Assembly: GCA_964589455.1 (NCBI GenBank)
Contig: CAZPTC010000001.1
Location: 1-43,779, forward strand
Origin: an uncultured Desulfovibrionaceae bacterium
GTDB lineage: Bacteria > Desulfobacterota > Desulfovibrionia > Desulfovibrionales > Desulfovibrionaceae
Reading direction: 5' to 3'
Length of the DNA stretch: 43,779 bases
The translations under genes and the position numbers were made by a program. The notes under the pieces were generated by a model that was given only the letters and a program-made list of their open reading frames with translations, ran no database searches and was not told the DNA's origin. Shown here one piece after another: positions 43,726-43,779 of this stretch (the stretch's first letter is position 1; each line of letters starts with the position of its first letter).

Positions 43726-43779
43726 TGTGACAGCACAGATGACGCTCGGCCCCGCGTCCTGCGGGGCACTCGCTCTCGC

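Noticed and set aside
1-43779. Search for mobile elements, prophage, integrases, tRNA/rRNA genes, DnaA-box clusters near parAB, and defence systems
   Set aside because: No transposase, integrase, phage or defence-type ORFs are present, and no cloverleaf-like or rRNA-like segments were recognised. Only isolated one-mismatch DnaA-box-like words are scattered through coding regions.

Overview
This is a 43.8-kb chromosomal window of about 50% GC, with no rRNA, tRNA, CRISPR array or recognisable mobile-element genes. The taxon cannot be fixed from sequence alone; the density of sigma-54 activators and two-component systems suggests a deltaproteobacterial or Desulfovibrionales-like genome, which is inference only. 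Most genes are housekeeping: moaA, rlmE, yebC, argD, rlmD, a heptose-7-P kinase, parAB, trkH, an Fe-ADH, an Asp aminotransferase, pgi and polA. Accessory content includes a subtilisin-type (S8) autotransporter, a CoA-disulfide-reductase/rhodanese fusion, two two-component systems, two sigma-54 enhancer-binding proteins and a lower-GC glycosyltransferase/methyltransferase cluster. A further accessory locus is a sigma-54-controlled operon of a sulfatase-fold protein, an NPP-type phosphodiesterase and an MFS transporter. The most unusual feature is the yebC/oxidoreductase intergenic gap (about 4150-4920). It holds a tandem 393-bp duplication, and each copy carries a 26-codon hydrophobic ORF below the ORF-track cutoff. 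Each ORF has a strong SD, an upstream anti-SD, a downstream SD mimic, an intrinsic terminator and a convergent sigma-70-like promoter. This is the architecture of a type I toxin-antitoxin or small membrane peptide module, with no family I recognise. I also found three near-consensus -24/-12 promoters, one of them a perfect TGGCAC-N5-TTGCA. They connect the two sigma-54 activators to a glycan-modification operon, an orphan HlyD-like adaptor gene and the phosphoesterase/MFS operon. Other observations are a second unlisted small membrane ORF with a full set of expression signals and a family of G5/C5 palindromic hairpins in intergenic regions. Several track ORFs have N-terminal over-extensions, and I give corrected starts where homology or RBS position supports them.
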